Shown piece after piece: positions 47,405-57,805 of a stretch of DNA of 64,000 nt (the stretch's first letter is position 1; every line of letters begins with the position of its first letter). The DNA comes from Verrucomicrobiota bacterium (GTDB taxonomy: Bacteria > Verrucomicrobiota > Verrucomicrobiia > Opitutales > Cerasicoccaceae). Made by a program: the position numbers and the translations under genes. The notes under the pieces were generated by a model that did no database searches, was not told where the DNA came from, and saw nothing but the letters and a program-made list of their open reading frames with translations. The DNA is taken from assembly GCA_039818205.1 (NCBI GenBank), contig JBCBUK010000004.1, forward strand, positions 245,405-309,404. Reading direction: 5' to 3'.

Positions 47405-48979
47405 ATGGCATCTTTCGACGCGATCATTGTCGGCTCAGGACATAACGGGATGATTTGTGCCGCCTATTTGGCACAGGCCGGACGCAAGGTCGCGGTGTTC
47501 GAACGCCGCCCAATTGTGGGTGGGGCGGTATGCACCCAAACGGATATCATTCCAGGTTATCGCATTGATGTCGGCAGTTCTGCCCACGTTATGATCCACC
47601 AAACGCCGGTGTTGCGTGAATTGGAATTGGAGAAATATGGCCTGGAGTATTTGGAGATGGACCCATGGGCCTACTATCCGATTCCCGGTGAGCCGGGGAA
47701 AGGGATCGCATTCTATCGTGACGTCGAGAAGACCTGCCAAAGTATTGCGCAAATTAGTCCAAAGGATGCGGAATCTTACCGACAGTTTGTCGAATCCTGG
47801 GGCAAATTGAACGAAGGCGTTTTTGAAGCGTTCTTGAAAGCGCCGACTCCCTGGAATCTGGTGCGGACAATGTTTGGACGTTCGCTCAAGGGTAGCGATC
47901 GGATGAATATGATTCGGCACCTGATGGGCCCTTATGGGCAACTGGTCTGCGAATCCTTTGAAAGCGAAGCTCTGCGAACGGCCATCATTTGGTTGGCCGC
48001 CCAAAGCGGGCCACCCCCGTCGGAGGCGGCATCGGGAGACTTTGCCGGATGGCACTCAATGTACCATCAGTCTGGAATGAAGCGGGCCAAAGGCGGAAGC
48101 GGTGCGCTGACGCAGGCGCTCAAGAAGCGCATCATCGCTGACGGCGGAGAGATCTTTGAGGATGCTCCGGTTGGGAAAATCCTTACGAGTGGCACGGGCC
48201 AAGCGACTGGGATTGAACTTCAGGATGGCCGCAGGTTCAACGCGTCAGTCGTGGTGGCGGCTTGCCATATCAAAACAACCCTTGATCAATTGCTGGCGGA
48301 GGCGACGGATCTACCGGACAATATTCGTGTCCGGTCAAAGTCTCTTCGCATCGGGAATGGATTCGGAATGATCGTGCGCTGCGCGATGTCTGGGTTGCCC
48401 GAGTACCCAGGTTTACCAGTGAATGAAGAAGGCGTCGGCGAAGCTCACCGCGGCTTGCAGTTGCTTTGCCCCTCACGGGAGGCGTTAGACAGTGCCTACG
48501 GTGACTACCTCGCGGGGCGTCCTCCCGCAAAGCCTATTCCGCTGGTGATGACTTTCTCTAGCTTGGATGATACGCTGGCTCCGGCCGGCAAACATGTGAT
48601 GTTCGTCTGGGGGCAGTACCATCCCTATGAGCTGCGCAACGGCGAGCACTGGGACGAGATTGCCGATCGTGAAGCGGATAAGCTGCTGGCAGCGGTTGAT
48701 GAGTATGCACCAGGCACGTCCGAAAAGGTGATCGATCGATATATTCAGACACCCCTGGAAATTGAGCGACTACACGGGATGCATCGTGCGAATGTGATGC
48801 ACCTAGAAATGTCGTTCGATCAGATGTTTACATTTCGTCCGATGCCTGAGCTGTCCAGCTACAAGATTCCAGCGATCAAGGGCCTCTACCTTTCGGGTGC
48901 AAGCACGCACCCAGGTGGTGGCGTTTGGGGTGCCTCTGGTCATAATACGGCTAAACTAATTCTGAAGGAAAGCCGTTGA
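47405..48979 (+). CDS. Phytoene desaturase-superfamily flavoprotein (CrtO-like)
   Basis: IVGSGHNG...AAYLA, ERR..VGGA, GG.GAL..AL, LYLSGASTHPGGGV.GASG.N. Confidence 0.85.
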   Translation: MASFDAIIVGSGHNGMICAAYLAQAGRKVAVFERRPIVGGAVCTQTDIIPGYRIDVGSSAHVMIHQTPVLRELELEKYGLEYLEMDPWAYYPIPGEPGKGIAFYRDVEKTCQSIAQISPKDAESYRQFVESWGKLNEGVFEAFLKAPTPWNLVRTMFGRSLKGSDRMNMIRHLMGPYGQLVCESFESEALRTAIIWLAAQSGPPPSEAASGDFAGWHSMYHQSGMKRAKGGSGALTQALKKRIIADGGEIFEDAPVGKILTSGTGQATGIELQDGRRFNASVVVAACHIKTTLDQLLAEATDLPDNIRVRSKSLRIGNGFGMIVRCAMSGLPEYPGLPVNEEGVGEAHRGLQLLCPSREALDSAYGDYLAGRPPAKPIPLVMTFSSLDDTLAPAGKHVMFVWGQYHPYELRNGEHWDEIADREADKLLAAVDEYAPGTSEKVIDRYIQTPLEIERLHGMHRANVMHLEMSFDQMFTFRPMPELSSYKIPAIKGLYLSGASTHPGGGVWGASGHNTAKLILKESR

Positions 48980-49142
48980 ATACTACCGGACGAACTTTGT
49001 TGATCATCGAGTCGTATTATTTGGAATGACGGTATATCCTGTTCTGCGCTGAAATTCTCGAATAAATTCCCTTGGCAATTAATGAAACTTTGCGTAACCC
49101 TCACGGTTTAAAATTCTGACTGCAAGCGATATAAACCCCTAC

Positions 49143-49538
49143 ATGAAACAACCCAGATCTCACTCAGGAAAATTTAATCCGATTATTGGTGTGGTCATTG
49201 GCATTGTGGCCTTGGTTATTTTGGTCATCACGCTTGTGATGGTTCAGGGAGGAAGCTATTCTGGCCTTCAGAAATTTCCGGCCGAGTCTTATCGCAACGC
49301 GCCGCAGAATCTTTTGGGTAACTCATATGTGCTTGATGCTCAGGTGGATTCGATGCTGAGCTACGAGCCAGGTCTTGGGCGGCTCCTTGCCGTTCGGGCA
49401 GATGAGTCCACTGGGCGTATCCCTGTTTTCCTGCCCGATGGACTCGAGGATTCGATTCACACCGGCCAACGCTACAGCATGAAGGTCAATATTCGCAATG
49501 GGGGCCTCATCTACATTGAGGAGCTCAAGAAGTATTAG
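49143..49538 (+). CDS. Hypothetical single-pass membrane protein
   Basis: One N-terminal TM, then a small beta-rich (OB-like) domain; TTGGCA-N17-TAACCC upstream. Confidence 0.75.
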   Translation: MKQPRSHSGKFNPIIGVVIGIVALVILVITLVMVQGGSYSGLQKFPAESYRNAPQNLLGNSYVLDAQVDSMLSYEPGLGRLLAVRADESTGRIPVFLPDGLEDSIHTGQRYSMKVNIRNGGLIYIEELKKY

Positions 49539-49640
49539 CGGCTGCGATGCATTCGCCAGTTGAACTCGAGGGCGAAAGCGATCATCGTATCTTGAATACG
49601 AAACATTTAGTCCAATTTGGGGTTCAATAGAGGATAAGTT

Positions 49641-51596
49641 ATGATTCAACGATACCTACCGGCTTTTCTTGTCAGTCTGATTTTGTCCGCCTCGTTGCTC
49701 TTTGGTCAGGCTTATGACCAAGGCGCAGGTTCGTCGCCAAATTTCTTTGGTGGTGGGGGCGATCCCGCGTCCAACCAGAACAACATGAACATTGGAGCCG
49801 GTGGTGGCTTGTTCGAAAGTCAAACCTCCGAGAACATGGCCGACCGCGTGTTCAACGTGGATTCTGATTCGGTTGATTTGGAGGATGGCACGTTCAATTG
49901 GAAGGGCCGAACCTTTAACCTGGGCAACAACCGTGTGGCCCGCGCCCGATTTGAGCGTTACCTGGCGTCGCCTGATCTTTCCGATTCTGACGAAATCTAT
50001 CTTGGTATTCTCAAGCGCATCGAAGAACTTCTTTCGCTGGTTGGTGAAGATAACATCAAGGATGCGGAAACCCTGACCGATGAGATCTTTCAAGCCTGGC
50101 AAATGCTATTCAAAGCCGCCCGCTATGAAATGGATCAAGGCATTTCCATCGTCGTTGCCAACCAGGTCTATAACATTTGGCGCATCCGCGATGAGAATCA
50201 CAATCTCACCCGAGCCCGGGGCATTTTGGCTGAAGAAAAAGAAGATCAGCAGGATTTGTTAGCATCCAATAGCTGGATCAGTGAGCGCGAATTTGAGGAG
50301 CGCCAGCGCTTGAAAGCGCAAGGCCGCCATACCGGTGCTGAGTTTGAAGGCGTCACTCAGGCGACCTTTCAGGCACAGCGTGTCGCTGAACTTCAATCGA
50401 AGATTACGGCGATGGATACACAGGGCATCGCTAATGGCATTCAAGCGAAGCTTCAGTTTCAATCACAGATACTGAACTTGCTGCTTTCGCGACGTTTTGA
50501 GCACTGCATTATTGCTTCAAACTTTTACCGATTTGCGTTCAAGGGCTCCCACCAGACGATTACGGTCGGCAGTGAGCAGCTGGAGGAGTTTATGCCGATC
50601 TCCGACTTTACGCCAACAGTTGAGACCGTTGAACTCCTTGCCCGCGAAGCGGAGACCGACGTGAAAACGGGCATGCGGACAGTCGAAAGCCTATACGCCA
50701 GCAATGAACTCTACGGTGCATTAGAACGGCTCCAGGAAACCTTTTACCTGGGTGAATACACGCCCGAAGTTCTCCAGTTCCCCGCCGAGAAGAAGCGCCC
50801 TTTGCTCGACCTTTACCGGAAGACCCGTGAATTGCAGACATTGATCGATCTTAAGGACTATGAGGGCATCGAGAACCTGATCGCTGAAGTGAAAGAGATG
50901 GCGTATGACTTCCCAGCATCGCAGGTTCTCTCCGGAGTGCGTTCAGCTCAGCGCATGAGCAACTTGGCGCTCATGTCAGCCCAGCAGGCGGTCGCAACGG
51001 GCGACTTCGCCAAGGCAGAGAGCAACCTTGAAAAAGCCACGCAGATTTGGCCGCTCAATCCAGCGATTAAATCTTTCACCACGAACATGGCCAACCGTGC
51101 AGATATTGGAACGCAGGCCACCCTGATGTTTGACGAGCTGATCACTCGCGAAGACTACCGCGCGATCTACGATAAAAGTGCTGAGTTTACCGCCGCCTTG
51201 ATTCAGGACCTCGAGCGCTCCAAGTTGCTGAAGGAAGCCGCTACGAGTGTGGGCCGGGTTGATTTCATCATTGCGGGAGCGCGCGAGCTCGACAACCAAG
51301 GTAATTCCTACGCGGCTTGGGAAGCGCTGGTCGGTGCCGAGGAAATATTGCCGGATGATCCTGAACTTGCACGGGTGAAAGCTAAGATGGCTCCGCGCGT
51401 TGCTGACTTTGTGGGCTCGCTTGATATGGCGGAGCAGGCGGAAGATAAAGAGCAATATGCCATTAGCCTGTCGCGCCTGCTCGAGGCGCAGGACATTTAT
51501 CCGACCTCAAAGATTTGCCACCATGGAATTGAGCGGGTCAGCAAGAAGCTGATGGCGGAATTGCCTCGCCAGACAGCGGTGCCCGTAGGTGGCTAG
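49641..51596 (+). CDS. Hypothetical secreted helical/TPR-like protein
   Basis: Signal peptide, Gly/Asn-rich linker, coiled-coil, TPR-like ends (A.QIWP.N, A.EILPDD, A.DIYP). Confidence 0.8.
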   Translation: MIQRYLPAFLVSLILSASLLFGQAYDQGAGSSPNFFGGGGDPASNQNNMNIGAGGGLFESQTSENMADRVFNVDSDSVDLEDGTFNWKGRTFNLGNNRVARARFERYLASPDLSDSDEIYLGILKRIEELLSLVGEDNIKDAETLTDEIFQAWQMLFKAARYEMDQGISIVVANQVYNIWRIRDENHNLTRARGILAEEKEDQQDLLASNSWISEREFEERQRLKAQGRHTGAEFEGVTQATFQAQRVAELQSKITAMDTQGIANGIQAKLQFQSQILNLLLSRRFEHCIIASNFYRFAFKGSHQTITVGSEQLEEFMPISDFTPTVETVELLAREAETDVKTGMRTVESLYASNELYGALERLQETFYLGEYTPEVLQFPAEKKRPLLDLYRKTRELQTLIDLKDYEGIENLIAEVKEMAYDFPASQVLSGVRSAQRMSNLALMSAQQAVATGDFAKAESNLEKATQIWPLNPAIKSFTTNMANRADIGTQATLMFDELITREDYRAIYDKSAEFTAALIQDLERSKLLKEAATSVGRVDFIIAGARELDNQGNSYAAWEALVGAEEILPDDPELARVKAKMAPRVADFVGSLDMAEQAEDKEQYAISLSRLLEAQDIYPTSKICHHGIERVSKKLMAELPRQTAVPVGG

Positions 51597-52537
51597 TCGA
51601 TCCAGCTCAGCCCGATCTTGATCCAGATCGGAATCGTGACCAGTGCGAGGATGCAGGTGGGAATGACTGTGCGTAACGCAATGTCGGTGGCACCGTTGTA
51701 GACGCGGCAAAGCACGATGGGAAAAACTCCGCAGGGCATCGCTGCGTGCACCATTGCTGCCTGCTTTAGGACATCGGGGACCGGCATCAGGTAGATCAGA
51801 GCCAACATGATCAACGGCATCGCCACCGATCTTAGAAGGCAGGAGCCCACGGCAATCATCGGCCGGGTGAACAGGGGTTGCTCGACAATTAGTTGCTGGA
51901 TGGTGGAGCCGATCATTATCAGCCCAAGCGGCACCGCGCAGCGACCAAGAATATCCAGAAAATCCATCGCAAAGGTTGGGACTGCTGGGCCAAAACCGGC
52001 CTTGTTAATCGCGATCGCGGCCAGGATTGCAATGACTGGTGGTGACAAGACTCGCTTGATTGACCGACGGTTAATTTCGCCACTGACAATTAAGACCCCA
52101 ACGCTCCACATGCTAATTTCCACCCCGACGCTGATCACCATCAACACGCCAGTGGTTTCCAGACCAAACAGGCTGGTGGAAATTGGGATCGCAAAATAGC
52201 CATAGTTGTAGATGCCTCCGGTGAAACTAAATGTTCGGCGTTCGCGATTGTTTTTCAGCCCAAAGAGCGGCCCGGCTGCATAGAACAGGGCATATCCAAT
52301 CAAGATGAACACGAAACCGGTGAAAATGGCTTTGAATACGACTTCAGGCGACCGAATCGCTTCGTTCTGAACGACAAGCCAAAACAAGAACGCTGGATAG
52401 ACGACGTTCACCACCAGCTTGAGCAACGACTGCTCACCGGAGGCGTTGATCCATTTGAGTGCCCGCGCAGCTCCGCCAACCCCCATCAACAGGAAGACCG
52501 GGGCGACCGCAGACATCAATTCAGTTAAGCTAATCAA
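51593..52537 (-). CDS. AEC (auxin efflux carrier)-family transporter
   Basis: PVFLLM..G, NYGYFAIP, SPPVIA, P.GL..IG, AAMP; about 10 TM segments. Confidence 0.9.
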   Translation of the reverse strand: MISLTELMSAVAPVFLLMGVGGAARALKWINASGEQSLLKLVVNVVYPAFLFWLVVQNEAIRSPEVVFKAIFTGFVFILIGYALFYAAGPLFGLKNNRERRTFSFTGGIYNYGYFAIPISTSLFGLETTGVLMVISVGVEISMWSVGVLIVSGEINRRSIKRVLSPPVIAILAAIAINKAGFGPAVPTFAMDFLDILGRCAVPLGLIMIGSTIQQLIVEQPLFTRPMIAVGSCLLRSVAMPLIMLALIYLMPVPDVLKQAAMVHAAMPCGVFPIVLCRVYNGATDIALRTVIPTCILALVTIPIWIKIGLSWID

Positions 52538-52634
52538 GGCGCCGAGTTTCTGGAACCGGAGCCAGCTGTCGAAGCCTTTTTCGTCTGATTAGCGCTCCTG
52601 GGCAGATTCTATTGGATAGATCCGCTCTCGGAAA

Positions 52635-53489
52635 TTAGTGCACTCGCTTGAATATCCGACGCCTAAAGGTTAGGCCAATCATCGTTATCCCGATAATAAT
52701 GAGTGCCCAAGTGCGTGGTTCGGGAACGACCTCCAGTCCTTCGATGTGATAGACGCTTCCGTTCGTGCTGCTAATATATGCGTCGTTATTGATCGGGTCG
52801 ATGGCGATTCCAGACATTCCTGAAATCCCAAGTGGGCCGACATCGAAATCCTGGAAAGAGCTCCCCTCCGGATCCAAAACGCGGATGACGTTTTGGGCAT
52901 CGCTTACGAGGTAGAGGTTGCCGTTAGGACCAACTTCAACGTCGCTGAAAAACGCATCCCATCCAGCGCCGAAGCCAAACGTTCTGATCTGTTGGCCATT
53001 GGCGGTGTCGAAGGTGATGATGACATCGTTTTGCCAATCGATGGTAACCAGTTCGCCGGATAGCGGATCAAAGCCCCCACCGGTCAACTGACCAATCGGC
53101 TCTGCGAGCGCCAAAGTGAGGAGCACGTTGCCGTCCGCCGGGTCGACCGCAAAGAGTGTCTGCGGGTCGCTCTCACCGTTGACTACCAGCATGGTGCCTG
53201 GCGGTACCAGGGTGTCGAGTATGGTGGTGAAGCCCGCAACAAAGTTTAAATCGGAATCATTGGTGGATGTTCCCGGATGAGTTATCGATGAAACGAATGT
53301 CCCATCTGGCTGGTAGGCATAGATTTGTGCATCAAAGCTCGGATGAATGTGCACCAGGCCATCTGCCGGATTGAAACCGATTGCATTCAACTGACCCCGA
53401 TTGGGGCTAAAGGTATTCACGAGCGTGAATCCGTATGTGGAAACCGTCAGGCTTATCAAGCCGACCAAAACTGATAGCAGACCCTTCAT
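52635..53489 (-). CDS. PEP-CTERM surface protein with beta-propeller-like domain
   Basis: Signal peptide; repeated G..FDP..G-type blades; C-terminal VPEP + TM + RRR. Confidence 0.88.
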   Translation of the reverse strand: MKGLLSVLVGLISLTVSTYGFTLVNTFSPNRGQLNAIGFNPADGLVHIHPSFDAQIYAYQPDGTFVSSITHPGTSTNDSDLNFVAGFTTILDTLVPPGTMLVVNGESDPQTLFAVDPADGNVLLTLALAEPIGQLTGGGFDPLSGELVTIDWQNDVIITFDTANGQQIRTFGFGAGWDAFFSDVEVGPNGNLYLVSDAQNVIRVLDPEGSSFQDFDVGPLGISGMSGIAIDPINNDAYISSTNGSVYHIEGLEVVPEPRTWALIIIGITMIGLTFRRRIFKRVH

Positions 53490-53638
53490 AGTAGTAGTGA
53501 GCGTGTTTCTACAGGGTTTTCTGTATTTTATCAAGGTTTGATCGGATTGATTTCAGGTTCGAATTGAGGGGATTGGTCGGGAAATTTTTTGCGTTTACGG
53601 CAAAATTGGCCCACGGTGCCGCTAATATGAATCAGGTG

Positions 53639-54820
53639 ATGCGATATCGACGATTTGGCCGAACAGAACTGCAGATGCCAGTGATTACTGCTGGTGGGAT
53701 GCGTTTTCAGCAGTCCTGGGATGATTTGGCGGATGACGCCATCACCGGGCAGGAGATGGATCGAATCAAGCGGGTGGTCAACCGAGCCCTGGAGTTGGGC
53801 ATTAACCACATCGAAACGGCAAGGGGTTACGGTTCCTCGGAGCGCCAGTTGCGGGACGTATTCGCAGACATCGATCGGGACCGGTACATTTTGCAGAGCA
53901 AAGTGGCGCCTGCGGAGGATCCCAAGGAGTTTGAGAAGGTTTTGGATCGGACGTTTTCTCAGCTCGGGTGCGAGTATTTGGATCTTTTCGGTTTTCACGG
54001 AATCAATCTGGATGAGCACATTGAATGGATTCTGCGCCCGGGAGGCTGCATGGATGTCATTCGTCGATGGCAACGGGACGGACGCATCCGGTTTGTTGGA
54101 TTTTCGACTCACGGGAATCCTGATGTGATTGTGCGCGCGATTGAAACCGGAGAATTTGATTACGTTAATCTGCACTGGTATTTCATTAATCAAACGAACG
54201 AGGCGGCGATCGCCGTGGCGACCACTCAAGATATGGGCGTTTTCATCATTAGCCCGAACGACAAAGGCGGGAAGTTGTATGAGCCATCGTCCAAGCTTTC
54301 TGATCTCTGTTCGCCGCTGACGCCGATGGCGTTTAATACCTTGTTTTGTTTGCGCCGTCCGGAGATTCATACCTTGAGCGTCGGAGCCGCCGAGGTGGAT
54401 CAATATGATCCGCAGATCGTGGCCCTGGAGCACTATGAACGGATTGACGAAACGATTCGCCCAATCGAGGAGCGGATCCATGACGCAATTAAAGCCGAGC
54501 TGGGTGATGACTGGTGGCCAGGGTATTCCGCAACGCTTCCAACCTGGGATCAGGTCCCGGGCGAGGTGAATCTGCGCTACATCCTGCGGCTGTGGACCTT
54601 GGCGAAGGGCCTCGATATGCACGACTATGGAAAATACCGCTACGGCATGATCGGCAACGGCGGGCACTGGATGGCTGGCCAGAAGGCCGTGGACTTCGAT
54701 GATGTAGCCTTAATTGATAGCCTCAAGGGGCATCCTTACGCGACGCGTATCCCCGACATTTTACGGGAGGCCCACGAAATGTTTGTGGGGGAGGAGCGCA
54801 AACCGCTTGCGAACACCTAA
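53639..54820 (+). CDS. Aldo/keto reductase
   Basis: MRYRRFGRT, GINHIETARGYGSSE, YLDL..FHG, GFSTHG. Confidence 0.9.
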   Translation: MRYRRFGRTELQMPVITAGGMRFQQSWDDLADDAITGQEMDRIKRVVNRALELGINHIETARGYGSSERQLRDVFADIDRDRYILQSKVAPAEDPKEFEKVLDRTFSQLGCEYLDLFGFHGINLDEHIEWILRPGGCMDVIRRWQRDGRIRFVGFSTHGNPDVIVRAIETGEFDYVNLHWYFINQTNEAAIAVATTQDMGVFIISPNDKGGKLYEPSSKLSDLCSPLTPMAFNTLFCLRRPEIHTLSVGAAEVDQYDPQIVALEHYERIDETIRPIEERIHDAIKAELGDDWWPGYSATLPTWDQVPGEVNLRYILRLWTLAKGLDMHDYGKYRYGMIGNGGHWMAGQKAVDFDDVALIDSLKGHPYATRIPDILREAHEMFVGEERKPLANT

Positions 54821-54838
54821 TGCGCGCTTGCGGAGCGC

Positions 54839-56542
54839 CTAATTGAGCTTCAGACGGTCGGCGGCTTGACGGTAGTATTTGGCTTCCTCGGGTAGAAGAA
54901 TCTCGGGATCCAAGCTTTCGAGTAGACGAGTTGCCATCTGATCGTTGCCGCGGTCGAGTGCAATGAGGGCACCACCGAGTCGACAACTTGGCACTTGAAG
55001 GAACTTGCGATTGAGCTTGGAAAACTGTTCGGCGGCCAAATCGAACTCGCCCGCCCGCCAAAGGATAAACGCATAGCTTGAGCGAAAAATACTGTTCGGG
55101 GCTTGTTCGATAACGGGCAATATCCGATGAGGATCGTCTAGAGCGATCGGATCGCTGAGTAGGGCCTCCATGTAGTACATGTTGTTGAGCATGCTGAGGT
55201 CATTGGGCTTCAGATCAACGTATGCTTTGGCGACCTTGAGCGCATCGGTGGTGCGCCCCGCAGTGACTAAGGCGATGAAGTAGGCGTTGAGGAGCGAGGC
55301 TTTTTCCTCTTGGTCCGGAACCATTTTGAGTGCTGCGTCAAAAGCCATGATTGAGCTATCGGTCCACTCGTTCTGCATTGCGAGTCGGGCGAGGGCGGCT
55401 AGTTCGCGAAAGGCCTGCGCCTCAATCGCGACATTATATGCGTTTTGCCAGCTATCGGAAACCGCATTGGATTGATTGAGTTGATCGTCGAGAAACGCCC
55501 TCAGGGTCGCGCGACGGGCTTCGCTGAGATTCGCACCTTGGGCGTCGATGAATTGCCCAGCGCCACTGAGGTCGCCTTCGCGGAAGAGCGTTTGCAACTG
55601 GGTCATCATGCGTTGGTCCTCGGGGAGATCGCTCGCAGCACTGCTCTGGAGGAAGGTTTGAAGCTCTTGGTACGCTCCAATTGAATAGAGCCAGCGAATG
55701 ACAAGCTCCGGATTCTTTGGCCCGTTTAGCCGAATTTTTTCCGCGATGATTGCTTCGCGATTTTCCGGCTCGATAATCAATTGGTTGGACGCAGCGAGGA
55801 GCTCGATCTCAGGAGTAGCGCGGGGGTGCGACGAGAGTTTGCTCATCAACCACCGGCGATCGTTCTCGAAAAGTGGGATAGCTGGGTGGGTGGCAATTAC
55901 ACGGAGAGCTTCAATGCCAACGTGCCCGCGATCTTCGGCGGCGCGTCTTAGGTGTGCCTTTGCCTGGATTGTATTTGGGACAAGCTCTTCCGACAGGAGG
56001 AGCTTACCGAGCATCAACAACGCCTGATGGTTGTCGGGGTCAATCGACATTAGCCGATCCAGAGTGGTGAACGCCGCAATCCGCTCGCCCCTTTGGTATT
56101 GGTAGCGGGCCTTCAGTATAAGATAGTCTGAGTCGCCACCAAATGATCCGGCAAGCTTTTCGAAATCAGCGTCGAGGCTCTCGGTATCTTTCGCGTCAAT
56201 TTTGATCTTCAGGTAGGCGAGGGCGATATCGGGCTTGTCGGAGATATCGTTTGCTGCAGCAATTTCATCGATGAGTGCCAGGGCTGCCGGTGGATCCGAT
56301 TTAATAAGAGCGCGGACTTTCAGGAATTTGGCCTTCTCCTTGTCAGGCCCGAATTTTATCAGCTTGTCGGCATGAACGATTGCCTGGTCGTAGCGGCGTT
56401 TCTTTAAGGCTTCTTGTCCTTCCGAATACTCCCGTGCCTGCCAATACCAGTATCCGCCGCCTCCGACAACTGCCAGGAGGAATAGAAGGAATGTGACCGG
56501 GACCCAGGACATTCGTCCCATTTTGGAAGCTGCGTAAGGCAT
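54839..56542 (-). CDS. Membrane-anchored TPR-repeat protein
   Basis: N-terminal TM followed by TPR-like helices (IDPDN..A, LKPND...LNN). Start uncertain. Confidence 0.8.
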   Translation of the reverse strand: MPYAASKMGRMSWVPVTFLLFLLAVVGGGGYWYWQAREYSEGQEALKKRRYDQAIVHADKLIKFGPDKEKAKFLKVRALIKSDPPAALALIDEIAAANDISDKPDIALAYLKIKIDAKDTESLDADFEKLAGSFGGDSDYLILKARYQYQRGERIAAFTTLDRLMSIDPDNHQALLMLGKLLLSEELVPNTIQAKAHLRRAAEDRGHVGIEALRVIATHPAIPLFENDRRWLMSKLSSHPRATPEIELLAASNQLIIEPENREAIIAEKIRLNGPKNPELVIRWLYSIGAYQELQTFLQSSAASDLPEDQRMMTQLQTLFREGDLSGAGQFIDAQGANLSEARRATLRAFLDDQLNQSNAVSDSWQNAYNVAIEAQAFRELAALARLAMQNEWTDSSIMAFDAALKMVPDQEEKASLLNAYFIALVTAGRTTDALKVAKAYVDLKPNDLSMLNNMYYMEALLSDPIALDDPHRILPVIEQAPNSIFRSSYAFILWRAGEFDLAAEQFSKLNRKFLQVPSCRLGGALIALDRGNDQMATRLLESLDPEILLPEEAKYYRQAADRLKLN

Positions 56543-56677
56543 AATCGCTTAATAGACTAAAGTCCTTTTGGAGCACGAACACTGGGATATGTCCAACGTA
56601 AAGTGGAAAAGACACTTTGAACGGCTCAGCGCTTAACTGTCTCTTAACAATTCAGGATATCAGACCGCCGTTGCGGA

Positions 56678-57130
56678 TCACTTTTTCCAGTTGATGATCA
56701 GGAGGTAAGACCCGGTGTTGTCTTCGGCCTGTGGGCCGCCCACGATGGCAGGCGTACCGGGATTGAGGCGAACCAGCGTCTTTAGGAGGCGGTCGCGCCC
56801 ACGGCTCCAGTCGATGTCAGCAGGAAGCCTTCCGTCTTTGATCGCCTGCAAACCAATGCGAAGTCGAGTGCCACCATAGAGGTTGGTGCTAGTGCCACCT
56901 GGGATAGAGATGTTGAGTGTTTTTCGATCGCGCTGCTGAAAGCTGTTGAAATTGAAAATACGCTGCAAATTTCCAGCGTAGGGCTTCAAGCTTGAGTCGA
57001 CACCTTTTCCTGAATTCGAGGCCATCACGAGGATGACTTCAACTTTTGTCGATTCCTGGGCAGCAGCTCGTTGGGTGGTGAAACCGAGCAGCAGGGCAAA
57101 GAGGGCGAATAATCCGATGCGTGCGTTCAT
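56678..57130 (-). CDS. Hypothetical secreted protein coupled to the ECF sigma factor
   Basis: Signal peptide ending AAA; ATGA overlap with the sigma stop; beta-rich, ends PAIVGGP. Confidence 0.8.
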   Translation of the reverse strand: MNARIGLFALFALLLGFTTQRAAAQESTKVEVILVMASNSGKGVDSSLKPYAGNLQRIFNFNSFQQRDRKTLNISIPGGTSTNLYGGTRLRIGLQAIKDGRLPADIDWSRGRDRLLKTLVRLNPGTPAIVGGPQAEDNTGSYLLIINWKK

Positions 57131-57684
57131 GACTTATGGTTCCAAAGTTGAGAGAGTTTTTGGCGAGCGGAGTAAAGGCGAGACATTACGGTTCCCGTTT
57201 TGCATCCAACGGTATCTGCGATTTCTTGATAACTGTATCCATTTATTTCTCGCAAAACAAGCGCTGTTCTCTGGTCTTCGGGTAACTTTTGGAGGGTTGC
57301 CATGAGTTCATCCATTTGTTCGTTGCGATCCGTTTGCTGAGCGGGAGTGGGTGTGTTCGCGGTTGATTCGGGCACCTCATCCATTGAGATATTGCGACTT
57401 TGGTTCCGACCACGGGCCCGAAGAGAGTCTAGGGCGGTGTTCACGGCAATACGGTGCATCCAAGTGTTAAACGATGATTGAAAATTAAAATGCGCTCTTT
57501 TTTTCCAAGCTTTTATCCAGGCTTCCTGGGCGACTTCGCGGGCAGCGTCTTCATTACCCATCATAGCGATTAGCGATCGCACAGTGCGCACGTGGTGCCG
57601 GCGAAACAATTTGCCATAGGCGTCAGCGTCGCCTGCTTGTGCGGCGCGCATCCAGGCGTGTTCTTCGCTGCGTTCGTCGGGCAT
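57127..57684 (-). CDS. ECF RNA polymerase sigma factor
   Basis: A.EV.QEAW..AW, F.TW..RIA.N..LD, LP..QR..LVLRE..G.SY.EIA, GTVMSRL..AR. Confidence 0.95.
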   Translation of the reverse strand: MPDERSEEHAWMRAAQAGDADAYGKLFRRHHVRTVRSLIAMMGNEDAAREVAQEAWIKAWKKRAHFNFQSSFNTWMHRIAVNTALDSLRARGRNQSRNISMDEVPESTANTPTPAQQTDRNEQMDELMATLQKLPEDQRTALVLREINGYSYQEIADTVGCKTGTVMSRLYSARQKLSQLWNHKS

Positions 57685-57805
57685 TAGTTCAGAAAAAGCG
57701 AGCTCAACATAACACTTGGACGATACAGCGCCACGAAAAATGCGGATCAATTACCGATTGTTTCTGGGGCTCAGGTGTTGGGTTATTTTTTCTGCGTTAT
57801 GGGAC

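Noticed and set aside
53531..54667. 378-aa antisense ORF
   Set aside because: Shadows the aldo/keto reductase and has no recognisable motif.
54822..54838. Small GCGCT/AGCGC hairpin between convergent genes
   Set aside because: Short stem with no U-tract; too weak to call a terminator.
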